DNA of 64,000 nucleotides from Eledone cirrhosa (Eukaryota), in the NCBI GenBank assembly GCA_964016885.1, contig OZ024740.1, positions 79,484,001 through 79,548,000 of the forward strand. The letters are read 5' to 3'. Shown piece by piece: positions 23,348 to 35,373 of this stretch (within the stretch, counting starts at the first letter, position 1; every line of letters starts with the position of its first letter). Under the pieces are notes generated by a model. That model did not search any database and had not been told where the DNA came from. It saw only the letters and a list, made by a program, of their open reading frames with translations. Both the position numbers and the translations under genes were made by a program.

Positions 23348-24161
23348 CGTTATATAAGTTTTATATTTCTGTCGATAATTTTCTCCTTTTTCGTTTTCAT
23401 AACATTTTAATTTATCATATATGCAGTTTCTCTATAATATCGTCTTTTTTAATGTATCGTATCTACATGCATATATGTTTGCGTATATCAATATGCACAC
23501 TACACATGCTAGCAGAAAAACCACTCTTAGGGTTGTTTTTCTGCTAGTATATTTTAAAGAATTTTCTCCTACAAATCAAGTCAGACAAGATCTTTAATGT
23601 TGGAGGAACAAATAATGCTTCGAAGTGGTTGATGATAGGAAGAGTATCCAGCCAAAATCCATGGCCAGCATTAGTGATTGTGAGGGCTGATCCCAAATCA
23701 TTGAATCTCACAGAGGAGACAACGAAGGACTGCGACTGCCAACGAATGGAAAGATTTTGTACCAGCATGGAAAAAGCGATATAAAACAATAGAGATTTTA
23801 TAAATGCAAAGTCTTTCTTTGATCATCCTCAGAACTAATCTGTAACAAATCTACTTCTATACTTAGTAGAGACTGCAGGCATTCAGCTTGTCTTGTTCTA
23901 CTGCTTCAGCTAAGAGATGTAGGTTAATGGACATTTGTACCCCATGTTCTATTTAACTAATTTTCTTTGCTGATTTATTTACTAACACTGTTTATATAGT
24001 TAAAATATCTACCACTTCATTTTTGTAATATAAAGTAATTTATTTAATGAGTAATTCAGAAACTGTTTTTGTTGCTTCAGGTTATGCAACACATTAAAAT
24101 AAACTAATTTCTTTATTCAAAATGTTAAGCAAAACGTACTAAGCAAACAAAATGACATACA

Positions 24162-24715
24162 TCTATATAAATAAAAGTCCGTCAGTCCATGTGTCAGTCC
24201 ACATGGAGGGGGACTGACACGTTCTATGCTGAAAAAATAATCAAACAGCTTTTCAATTTTTGCACACTGCTTTTATTCCTGAGCAACGGGTGCATCTTTT
24301 AGAGGGCCTGTGGTTGACTCTTTATTGATTTGGCTGTGTGCCTGTCTGTTGTACATGGTGCCATGGTGCAAAGAGCTATGTTGTGGTAACCTGTCTTGCT
24401 AGAAATGACAAAACCTTAGCTTTTACTACGTGCGTGCAGACATATACGCACAAACACACAGATTGAGTTGTATCTATTTATGTACTACTCTTTCTGTATC
24501 TATGTATTCTTATCTATCCATCAACATTGTGGTAACTGGTTTTGCTAGAAATTAGTGAAATAAAACACTAGCTTCTAGAACACGCACACACACACATTGA
24601 TTTGTATCTATCTCTGTATTACTATTTTTCTCTATGTATTCCTATCTATCTAACTATCGCCAAATACAGAAAGCATTCTCCAAAGGAGAATGAACTGGAT
24701 TTGTCAAGTATAAAT
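24162..24715 (+). mobile_element. Possible Helitron 5' portion
   Basis: A|TCTATATAAATAAAA followed by GTCC/GTCA repeats, with an internal duplication at about 24380-24510 / 24527-24650. I did not see a 3' CTAG hairpin end. Confidence 0.4.
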
Positions 24716-25044
24716 GGAGGCACATGGCTTAGTGGTTAGAGCATTGGCCTTGCAATCGAAAGGTTGTGAGTTCAATTCTCAGACCGGGTGATGTGTTGTT
24801 TCCTTGAGCAAGACACTTTATTTCACATTGCTCCAGTTTACTCAGAAATGAGATGATAGGGACTGGGGTCCCTATCATTCCACTGTAAAGTGGTCGTGGA
24901 GGTGCCACGGCAAAAATGCACCCAGCACTCACTGTAAATGAGGTTGGTGTTAGGAAGGGCATCCAGCTGTAGAAATCAAGCCAGAATCAGTTCCCGTCCC
25001 ACCCTTGCAAGCAGGGAAAAGTGGACGTAAAATGAAATGAAATG

Positions 25045-25047
<3 letters not shown>
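24716..25047 (+). mobile_element. SINE family B (tRNA head, core, hairpin, RTE-derived tail)
   Basis: TGGCTTAGTGG A-box and GAGTTCAATTC B-box. Near-identical copy at 48797-49128. The tail matches RTE 3' UTRs in this window. Confidence 0.87.
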
Positions 25048-25077
<30 letters not shown>

Positions 25078-25450
25078 AATCTTTCTCTTTCTTTTATAAA
25101 ATGAAATGAAATTTAGTTTGCACCCATGTAAGTTTAGTTGGCCTCCTACAAGGTTGCATCACATAGGTTTCTCAAGTGTTTTAATGATAGGTGCCCAATT
25201 CCTGTCATGAAAAGCAACATGAAATGAAGTGTTATGTCCAAGAATACAATGTGCTGCTTGGTCCAGAAATTGAACCCACAACCTTATGACTATGAGTTTA
25301 ACACCAATGCATTTTGGTAATATATCAGCATCATATTTACTATTTTATGTTTTCCATGCTGGCATATGCCAACTATATTTGCCATTTCCACCGTGATTTA
25401 TATATATATATATATATATATCATCATCCATCTTCCACGCTAGCATGGGT

Positions 25451-27166
25451 ATCATCATCATCATCATTTTACGTCCACTCTTCCCTGCTTGCAAGGGACG
25501 GGTCTTATTCAGCACAGCATCTCACTCGTCACAGTCCTTCATCTCCACCGTGAGCTTCAGCGATCTGAGGTCTGTTCTCACCACCTCCGCCCATGTTTTT
25601 CGTGGTCTACCTCTACCACGTCTTCCTTCAACTGGCATTTCCTTGTACTTCTTCACCCATCGGGCATCCTCCATGCGCATCACATGTCCATACCACCTCA
25701 GCCTCCTCTCCCGTACACTACATTCTATCTATCTCAACACATTCATGCTGGGTCGTTCACGCACATTTACACTGCACATCCAACAGAGCATGCTTGCCTC
25801 ATTTCTCTCCAGCCGTCGCATATCCTCTGCAGTTGCTGCCCATGTCTCACTACAGCATCGAGCTCCTCACACAGGCATCATATAACTGGCCTTTCGTATG
25901 CAGGGGGAAACCCTTCTTCGTCAGCAGAGGAAGCAGCTCCCTAAACTTTTTCCAACCCGTCCTTATTCTAGTTACTATGGCCTCGGAACACCCCCCTCCC
26001 ATGCTAATCTGATCTCCTAGGTACCGGAAGCTATCCACCACTTCTATAGCACCCGCCTGCATTTGAAAAATGTGTCTATCAATGTCTAATTTCCCTGTAC
26101 ACCTACTGCATACATATTTCTCCCTACCTATTAGTTTGCCTGCTATCCCGCTACATCTCTTGTGTACCCAGGATCTGCATTATGTGCATTTTATAGAATT
26201 TATGCCAGTTCCTTTTCTGCATATCGAACATGGCCTTCCCTGACGGAATTAGTTTGTCCTCTTTTCTACTCATCAACACTTTTGTCTTAGCTAGGTTCAC
26301 TCTGTCCTCTTGCTTCCAACTGCTGTTTTCATAGCCAGAATTTATTCTCTAGCTCCTCTACTGATTCTGCTATATGAACCAGATCGTCAGCATAGAGAAG
26401 TTCCCATGGGTATCCAGTCTTAAACTCCTCTGTCATGGCTTGGAAGACTATAATGAACAAGAGCGGGCTGAGGACCGAACCTTGATGTACTCCTACTTGT
26501 ATCTTGAATTCCTCACTAAACTCCATTCCTACCCTGACTTTACTGACAGTACCTCTGTACAAAGTTTGCACGGTCCTCACAAGCCATTCCTCAACACCTA
26601 GCTTCCTTAGGGACCACCAGATGACAGATCGTGGTACCCTATCAAAGGCCTTCTCTAGGTCAACAAAGGCTAAGTATAGTGGCTTATTCTTCTCTAAGAA
26701 CCTCTCTTGCAATTGTCTCACCAAGAAGAGGGCATCTGTTGTACTCTTCCCAGGCACAAAACCAAACTGCATCTCATCTAGTTTGACCCTTTCTCTAATC
26801 AGTTACGCTAATATCCTTTCTGCCACTTTCATAACCTGATCCATCAGTTTTATACCCCTATAATTGCTCCTCGCTAGAGCATCCCCTTTACCTTTGTAGC
26901 AATTTATGAGAATACTGCTGCACCAGTCGTTGGGTATGACACCACCATATATAGCCTGATTGATGATGCGTGCAACTAGTTTAGTGCCTACATCCCCTGA
27001 TGCCTTCAGCATCTCACAACTATTCCCGATGGTCCAGCAGCCTTACCATTTCTCATTTCCTTAATCGCCTCTTGGACCCTATATTCATCGATCTCAATAG
27101 CTGGTCCCTCTGTCGGATCTACTGAGGGTAATTTCTCTCTCTCCCATTCGTTCTCCACATTCATCA
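25451..27166 (-). pseudogene. RTE LINE family B, 5'-truncated and frameshifted
   Basis: ORF pieces 26803-27012, 26329-26772 (FVDLEKAFD, YADD) and 25850-26062 are homologous to the 787-aa ORF. It has a very short 3' UTR and an (ATG)n tail. Confidence 0.92.
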
Positions 27167-27270
27167 GTCTCTCATGAGGACATTTCTAGGCCTCCTTTTT
27201 CTGATCATTCGTGATTTATATATATATATATATATATAAAATGCTAGCATGGAAAAATGTATGTTAAATG

Positions 27271-27306
<36 letters not shown>

Positions 27307-27559
27307 GGCCAGCATAAAAAATGGATATAAAATAGTAATTACATGCACACATGCAAAAAGTATACGGAAACAACAAAACAAATAACACAGTACAATGAAA
27401 AATGTATTAGTTTAACACTTGATATAGTAGGAAAAGTCTGTTTCAGACACTTATCCTTCATTGGAAGATGGAATGAGAAATAAAAAATGAAATAGTAAGA
27501 TAGTGGGAAGAGGAAGGAACGGTAACAAGATTAAGAAAATAAACTGTAGCTTATTATTA

Positions 27560-27747
27560 CTCCGGTGAATTGTATCAGTAGAGAGTTGGATGCCATGCTT
27601 TCCAGCATAGTTATGTCCCTTTACGGTCTGAGTTCAAATCTCACCGAGGTTAACTTTGCCTTTCATCCTTATGGCGTAGATAAAATAAAGTACCAGTAAT
27701 GTACTAGGTAATTGCTGGCCTTGTGCCAAAAGTAGAAACAATTATTA
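27560..27747 (+). mobile_element. SINE family A
   Basis: Matches the family consensus. It is preceded by TTATTATTACTC and followed by ATTATTACTC, which looks like a TSD. Confidence 0.82.
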
Positions 27748-30292
27748 CTCAGTAGTTTACATCACTCCAAAGCAGTGCAATCAATTCTGACTGCCAAGTT
27801 CTCCAGTTTAAACTATATCATTTACTTCTCCTGTACTATAATTTTATTATTAATATTTCTGAGGGTGGTGATTTGGCAGTCATTAGAGCACTGGACAAAT
27901 GTTTAGCAATATTTGTTCCAGCTCTTTATATTCTGAGTTCAAATCCTGCTGAGGTTAATTTTACCTTTCATCCCTCTGAGGTTGATACATACCAATCAAG
28001 TATTGGTTTCCCTTGTACCAGTGTTAAAAAGAATTATTTATATTTTTGTTTTCATTTATTGTGTGGGTCACTGAAGCAGATGTACCACCATATGCACCAT
28101 AGTAAATCCAGCACTGTAACAAATTCAGTGCTGCCCTTTCTCTGTTGCCCTAATCATAGGCTTATTTTATTGGATTATCCATTCCTGATAGTAGTATCTT
28201 ATTTAATCAGTTATAAATTCCATTTTTTCTCAGACTTTCTTGTATAATTGTTTCTTCTATTGGCACAATGTCAGCCATTTCAAGGGAAGGGGAAAGTCAA
28301 GTATGTTACTGGTACTTTATTTTATCGACCCCATAAGAATAAAAGGCAAATCTATCCTCGGCCAATTCTTCTACGAAGGCAGTAATTCTAAATTAAAACT
28401 GGCTTGGACTAATCCATCCATAACAGTATGGAAAGTGGACACAGAATGATAATGAAAATGACTAGATTATCCACTGTTTTGTTTTGGTTTTTAAGATGGT
28501 ATGGTGTGAATTGAGGGTCACTTTGCTGTTTCTTCTACTTAACATCCTACACTTTCTTCAGCTCCTTCCATCCCTCCTCATCTTGGTCCTTTGCTCACGC
28601 TCTCTTAAACATTCAACTTACATGTAGGTTCAGATACAATTTTGAAAACTACATAAAAAGATATGAGAAATCTTATCTATTAACTGAAATAAACAGATTA
28701 GGAAGCTAAATCTACTGGGATCTCTTTCAGCTTATTAATGTCCCTGCTGAATTTATGTGATGGTAACATTAAGATGTTTTATATACCAGCCAACTAACCA
28801 ACCTTCAGCTGCCAACACAAACCAGACAAAAATCTCCACCTTCCTTCTAATCTTTTTCTTCTTCATTCTCTCCTGTTTTATCAACATGGCAGTAGTGATG
28901 TCTTCACACAAAAGAATTTTGCATTGTCTTCACTGTCATGTTATTTATTTCAAAAGATATGTCATTTACAGAAAATTTAGTTTCTGCTTAGAATGACTTA
29001 GAATTACTTTTTTTTTTTAAATACATTTCTTTGTTGCAACAATGTTTTGAAAGCTGAAATGTTCCAATGATATAGTCTTACTGGTATTAATTAAATGATG
29101 ATCTGATATTTCAAGTAGATGAGTACAACTGACATTTTTGTTTTTCATTTGTCAACTTTCTTTGTCTGTTGTTTATAAGTCAAGTTATTATATTGAGAAT
29201 CTTCTCATTGACCCAATAAATTATGAGTTTTGCTGAAAAGTTTTAAATATATATGAGCTGATCTCCATCCCCCAGACCAAATAATTAACCCTTTATATAC
29301 CATCATTTTTTGTCAGCTTTTATGCTTCCATGACACACTGTCAATGTGGTTGGCATTAAGGGCATCAAGCCATAGAAAACCAGCCCAAAACACTCCTATA
29401 TGAGCGAGACACGGTCACCCGACCCAATTTGCTTCTAAATGGGACAAACCCATCTAACCCATGCTAGCATGGAATGATGATTTGAAATATGTTTAATAGT
29501 ATTTGTTGCCTATGAATTACTTTTTGAACTTGGTTAAGCATCAGAGCTTTTCAACGTGCCAGGTCAGAAGTGGATCAGAGGCTGAGGCCACTAAATTTAG
29601 CAGGGATTTTCACCTGTTGCCAGCCAACACTGTTAAAACTAACATTACAGATCAGTTCAGCCCAGCGGTGGTTGGTAGCATCGAGTTCAATGAGGCAATC
29701 TCAGTTTGTTAGACAAAACTAATATATTACATCAGACTTTAGTCCTTCCTTTGCTCTTACACATCGTTCTACGCATGCTTACCATGTCTACCTCTCGGCT
29801 GCCATCTATTTTGAATTCCTGCAGGTTTTTGTCACATTTTACATTGTTATATATTTTTGCCACATTAGCTTATGCCTTCTGTCTCTTCATTTACCATCAT
29901 TAGGTTTCCATTCCTGTACCCTCTTTGATATTTCATTACTTATTTTCTATACATGATTCAGCCACCCTAACTCTTTTGTTTCCATATTTCTAAGGAGATA
30001 CTGTCCATGATTTTCCAATAATTTTAGTATGGAGGTGGATTTAGCAATATAACGTTCTTGTTATTAAGCTGATGTTTGGAGCATAACTTAAAGGTTCTTG
30101 CATAAAAGTATGATGAAAAGTTTTCAAATAAATATTAACTCTTTAAAATAGAATCAAGGGCAATTTGATATCAGAAGGGTTAAACTTCTTGATCTCAGCC
30201 TTTACAATTAGACCCCTTTGTTTTGTTCTAAGTATTTTCACATCAATGATTGGGTCCTCATGTGTCATACAGGATACTGCATGTGACTTAAG

Positions 30293-30497
30293 AAATATTT
30301 ATTTGCATTTTTACTTTATTCTAATCATTCAAAAATTGATTTAAAATTGTCTGCAATATTTATATAATGTTTTCCCTTTATCTCTCTTTTTGTTTTTTAG
30401 GTAAGTCTAAATATTGGAGTAATCATTCAGTAATTCTGGTCAACCTGTTGGTTTTGTAGGTTCCCTACTTATAGGTTACAACTCTTTTGGGGTAAGT
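30293..30497 (+). promoter_or_regulatory. Candidate recursive splice site (AG|GTAAGT at 30400/30401) with a cryptic 91-nt exon
   Basis: About 105 nt free of AG, then a long polypyrimidine tract, TAG|GTAAGT, and a second GG|GTAAGT donor at 30492. Confidence 0.55.
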
Positions 30498-30684
30498 TTT
30501 TATTGGCAGTCACCTTTTTTATGTCAGTTTTCTGCTGTGAAACAATTGCCCCCCTATCAATTTGAATGATTGACTCTATTTATGAAAATTTCTTTTCTCA
30601 CTTGCCATTCTTTAAATAAATTCAGAATAGTATAGCGTGGAAAATCGACGTTAAACGAAGATGATGATGATGATGTCTCTTTTG

Positions 30685-31290
30685 ACGGTAGTGTCGGACA
30701 ATATACTTTGCAGCATAGTTACATCCCTTTATAGTTAATGTGAGCCCTGTGTAGCTAATCAAGAAAAAATAAATCATTGTGGTTATTTTTATTATTATTA
30801 ATACTCTGCTTCGCTGCATAGTTACATCCCTTTACATTGAGTTTAAATCCCACCAAGGTTAGCTTTGCCTTTCATCCTTACAGGAGTCGATAAAAATAAA
30901 GCACCAGTAATGCACTGGGGTCAATTAATCAACTTTTCCGTTCCCTAAAATTGTTGGCCTTGTGCTTAAATCAGAAACCATTATTATCATTATTATCAAG
31001 AGGTTAACTTTGCCTTTCATCCTTACGGGGTCGATAAAATAAAGTACCAGTAATGCACTGGGCAATTGCTGGCCTTGTGCCTAACGTAGAAACAATTATT
31101 ATCATTAGGGTGGTAGATTGGCAGTATTGGTAGTGTCGAACAACATGCTTTGCAGCATAGTTATGCCCCTTTGCGTTCTGATTTCATCATTACTGGGTTA
31201 AAGTACCAGTAATGCCCTGAGGTTGATTTGACTTTCCTCTCCTCCAAAAGTGTAGGCCTTATGCTTAAATCAGAAACCATTATTATTATT
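30685..31290 (+). mobile_element. Head-to-tail cluster of SINE family A pieces
   Basis: Pieces at about 30685-30730, 30813-30995, 30999-31106 and 31108-31290, joined at ATT/ATC tails. Confidence 0.78.
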
Positions 31291-31633
31291 AGTAGTAGTA
31301 GTAGTAGTAGTAGTATTGTTGTTGTTGCCACCATTCTTATTGAAGCTATTTGTGTAAAGTAGATTTTAAGAAATAATTAGTTTTATCAGCTTTAAAGCTG
31401 AATTGGGGTTTGGCAAGAGTTTGAAAATGGTTCTGGTTCTGGTTGTTGAATGAATCAATAGCTTTTCAACACCATTGAACTTATTGATGTTTGTTATTCT
31501 ATTTTTTGCAATGTTTATAGGCAGGCACTATATACTGGTAGAAGAAATAGACTTATTATTTATGTTAATAATTACAAACTGCTGTTTGGGTAGCTTGGAT
31601 GTTTTGACTGCCATGACTTACCTCCCTTCCCTG

Positions 31634-31756
<123 letters not shown>

Positions 31757-32762
31757 TGTCATGGGTGTTGCCTATATGTAAACAGGAATGTAACATCAAA
31801 TTTGAGTACGGGAGTATTTTTAGTAGGAAATTGCTCTACCAGGTTTCCTCAATAGCATCCTAACTTACCAACCTACCATTATCGCACCAGACATTATGAA
31901 ATGTCATTCTTATCCTGTTTTTCTTCTCCGGTGTTTGTTTCACTTTGTGCTAGTGGTGGTGTTGGTGGTGGTAGTAGTAGTATTGATGGTGGTAAGGGAA
32001 ATGGGAAGGTACTTGAGTCAGTTTTATTTTGTCATGCTTTTTATCTACACTGTGCGGCATCTTTGCAGAATTCACTATCATTCGTTCCACCCATAGCTCT
32101 TAGCTTTTAGAAGTACTTTATCTAAAGAACTCTGAGCCATATGGGTTTTAAAGATTTTTTTCAAAGATAATAAAAAGCTTTCTTTATAAAGAGTATTTAC
32201 TAGTATGTAAATTTCTGTTTACATTCCAATTATGTGTGTGTTGCTATACTATTTATGTATATACTTTAGTAGTCACATTGGAACAATGAGATAGTTTGGA
32301 GTGACAAAATATATTGGTATATATTGGCATGGTATTCACTAGAAAGATCAAAGAACTGTCAATTATAGATTAAGCATTGTATTTTATATGCTGACAGTTA
32401 AATATGAAATGGCTTTTTTTTTTTTTCCCCCCCAGTATAGATACATTATACACAGATCAATTTTCTATTTCATTAATATAGCTGTTGTCTTGCTCGTAAT
32501 TAACCTCTTTCATTATATTATCTGGAATGGCATGAGCCTGTAATATACAACAATGCTGGAGCTACATCACTCACCAAGAGCTAGTATATGTAGCTGCAGT
32601 CTACCACTGCTGGGTAAATGATTGAAGGTCAAGATGAGATGGTGATAATGATCCTAGAAAGGATGGATTTAAACTACTCTCTCCCCACCTGCTTTTCATT
32701 TTTTTATGGGTTGGGCATGTCTGTTAATTTTTACCTCACTTATACACAAACACATGCAGATG

Positions 32763-33170
32763 CATCATCATCGTCATTGTTTAACATCTATCTTCCACGC
32801 TAGCATGGGTTAGACGGGAATTGTCCCACTTGAGGCAAGATTGGTCGGGTGACCATGTCTGACTCGTATAGGACTATTTGGCAGGTTTTCTACGGCTAGA
32901 TGCCCTTCCTAACACCAACCACATTTACTGTGTGGACTGGGAGCTTTTTACCGTGTTACCTACACAACCATATTACAGCGTGGACTGTTTTTCTGTCGTG
33001 ACACCTACACGACCTCATTAGTTTGGACTAGATGTTATGGTACCAACATAACTTTATAGAGAAAGGGGTGGTGTTGGCAGGAGTGAAAGGATGGATTAGG
33101 GGTAGTGGGTTGGGGTGTATGTTTGGGTTGTAGGGGCCTACTGACTGTAGGTTAACTTTGCACGTAGGGA
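32763..33170 (-). mobile_element. RTE family C 3' UTR fragment
   Basis: Homologous to 40290-40700 and 50340-50737, with a (CAT)n end. Confidence 0.82.
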
Positions 33171-33481
33171 ATACACACACACGCACACATACACTGTGTA
33201 TGCACCCACTACAGGCTGTAAAATAGTTGGCAATAGGAAGGGCATATAGCCATAGAAATCTTGCCAAACAAAAGGGTTGAGAGGACCCTCGGTAATATCA
33301 AAGATATGACAACCTCTCCTGTGCACTCGGTGCAGTGTTGGCCTTACATAAAGGGAGACACAGATCCCTGACTTGCCTGGGAGATCAGTGGCTCCACTTA
33401 AGTACTGACTTAAGACTTGTTCAACCATTGCTAGCAGAGAAAGTGGGTGTTAAAATGACAACACACACACACACACACACA

Positions 33482-33515
<34 letters not shown>

Positions 33516-33704
33516 GGTGTTAAAGTTTGCTTGAAGCATTGTGAAATGTGTAAAATACGTAGTTTAGAAAGCCACAACAATGCAGAGGGAAATCTCGAGG
33601 TAGGAAGTGAATGATAGATAGGAGAAATAGGATAAAGTGAAAATTGAGAGAGACAAAGATGAAAACAAAACAAAGGTAGAAGGGTTACCGTAGTGGAGAT
33701 TTAA

Positions 33705-33740
33705 TCCCAATATTTCGGGCTCACGCCCATCAACGGGGGA
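33705..33740 (-). ncRNA. Variant minimal hammerhead motif, copy 1
   Basis: TCCC-CCGTTGA-T-GGGC(GTGA)GCCC-GAAA-TATT-GGGA. Confidence 0.55.
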
Positions 33741-33954
33741 AAGTTCCAAAAGGGGGGGAACAGGCTAAGCGGAGAAAGTTGTGATGTCGTTAAAACAGGA
33801 ATGCCGTTATGGGGAGAAAAATTATTTAAAATTTAAATGAGGGAAAGAATGCGCGTGCGCGTGATAGGCTGTGGCAAAAGCTACTGACCAAATGGGTTAA
33901 ATCAAGAGGGTGCGCTAGCGTGTGAAAGCCGTAAAATATGTGTGTGTAAATATA

Positions 33955-34275
33955 TATGTGTGTGTAACTGTGTGTGTATATGTGTAAGTGTGTATATGTG
34001 TGAGTGTGTGTGTGTGTGAAAGATAGTGGGCTGTAGAAGCTGGAAATCAAAGGGTGTGAAAGGTGGTAGGTTGTAAAACATGTGTGCGTGTATAAATATA
34101 GATGTGTGTGTGTAAGCGTATGGGTATACATGTGTGTGTAACTGTGTGTGTATATGTGTGAGTGCGTGTGTGTGTGAAAGATAGTGGGCTGTAGAAGCTG
34201 GAAATCAAAGGGTGTGAAAGGTGGTAGGTTGTAAAAACATGTGTGCGTGTATAAATATAGATGTGTGTGTGTATG
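33955..34275. repeat. Duplication of about 158 bp, TG-rich, in the Penelope 3' region
   Basis: AAAGATAGTGGGCTGTAGAAGCTGGAAATCAAAGGG... occurs at about 34019 and 34177. Confidence 0.85.
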
Positions 34276-34340
34276 GGTATGCATATACGTGCGTGTGTGT
34301 GAAAATAGCAGGCCGTAAAGGCTGTGAATGGTCACTATGG

Positions 34341-35040
34341 TTAAGTTAGCCATGTCAGCTCATTTCTCTCAGCCCGGTTGTTAAGTGGGGGTCTGAGGTT
34401 CTTAATAACAAGTGCTTCCTTTATCCTTAAGGATCCGATGCTGCGTTCAGTCGCTAGGACTGTGACCAAGGGTCTACCCTGTGGGTTTCCGCATTTAAGG
34501 ATGTGTTTACGGAAGGAAGATGCGTTGGTGTTGATATGTTCCTTGATACGAACATGTAGGGGTCGGATGGTGCTACCTATGTAAAACTTGTTACATTTAT
34601 CGCATTGAATCTTATATAAATCTGCCCCCCGTATCGGGCAGTTGCTGAGGGAACACGTCCCATCTGACTCGTCGGAGAGGCATCTTCGCAGCGAAGGTCC
34701 TGTGTGGGCCAAATGTATGTCAAGTCCCTCCGTCCGTATGGCCCTGCGGATGGCGTTCGTGGTATATTCACTCAGGTGGGGGATTTTAAAGAAGCACCTG
34801 CTTTTATTTAAGTTTCTAGTGGGTGTCTGTCTATTGGGTCTGGGGTCTCTAATTCCGTTAATCAGTCGCTTGGGATATCCATTAGACCTGAGTAGATTAC
34901 GGAATTGCGTGGTATGGGTGAAACCACCCATCGGGTCGCTGCATCTGTTAGTGATCCGTGTCAGTTCATTTAGGACATAGCCTCTCTTAGCGTTGTTGGG
35001 GAGGGCTGAGTTGTAATGCACAAATAAGTCCTTGCACGCT
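34341..35040 (-). pseudogene. Penelope ORF C-terminus: RT thumb region and GIY-YIG endonuclease
   Basis: KDLFVHYNSALP, LRSNGYP, LYKIQCDKCNKFYIGSTIRPLHVRIKEH and EALVIKNLRPPLN. The upstream part of the 288-aa track ORF is read-through from the inverted arm. Confidence 0.9.
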
Positions 35041-35337
35041 GATAGACAGACACCCACTAGAAACTTAAATAAAAGCAGGTGCTTCTTTAAAATCCCCCAC
35101 CTGAGTGAATATACCACGAACGCCATCCGCAGGGCCATACGGATGGAGGGACTTGACATACATTTGGCCCACACAGGACCTTCGCTGCGAAGATGCCTCT
35201 CCAACAAACCCGACGAGTCAGATGGGACGTCTTTCCCTCATTTAAATTTTAAATAATTTTTCTCCCCATAACGGCATTCCTGTTTTAACGACATCACAAC
35301 TTTCTCCGCTTAGCCTGTTCCCCCCCTTTTGGAACTT

Positions 35338-35373
35338 TCCCCCGTTGATGGGCGTGAGTCCGAAATATTGGGA
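35338..35373 (+). ncRNA. Variant minimal hammerhead motif, copy 2
   Basis: TCCC-CCGTTGA-T-GGGC(GTGA)GTCC-GAAA-TATT-GGGA. The one difference from copy 1 gives a G-U wobble in stem II. Confidence 0.55.

Larger units (their letters stand above)
20298..23547 (+). mobile_element. Non-autonomous Helitron hosting a SINE and an RTE LINE
   Basis: 20298-20340 and 20528-20680 are colinear with the uninterrupted copy at 37424-37701. The end, GGGTTGTTTTTCTGCTAG|T, resembles that copy's end. Confidence 0.62.

Noticed and set aside
24061-24090. Other acceptor-like sites (CAG|GTTATG here; also near 6730, 46334, 47469, 49297 and 56489)
   Set aside because: Such motifs are common in AT-rich DNA. The regenerated donors are weak or absent, and I found no convincing coding exon downstream.
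24716-24790. tRNA genes at SINE heads
   Set aside because: A and B boxes are present, but there is no complete cloverleaf and the sequence continues into SINE bodies.
27430-27470. Degenerate hammerhead-like motif on the minus strand (CCAATGA..GGA..TCT GAAA)
   Set aside because: The core is altered and no stem I partner is present, so it cannot be supported.
33564-33749. Duplicated 61-aa hydrophobic ORF (also at 35329-35514)
   Set aside because: It lies in the Penelope pLTR, starts at a non-ATG codon, and is duplicated only because of the inverted arm.
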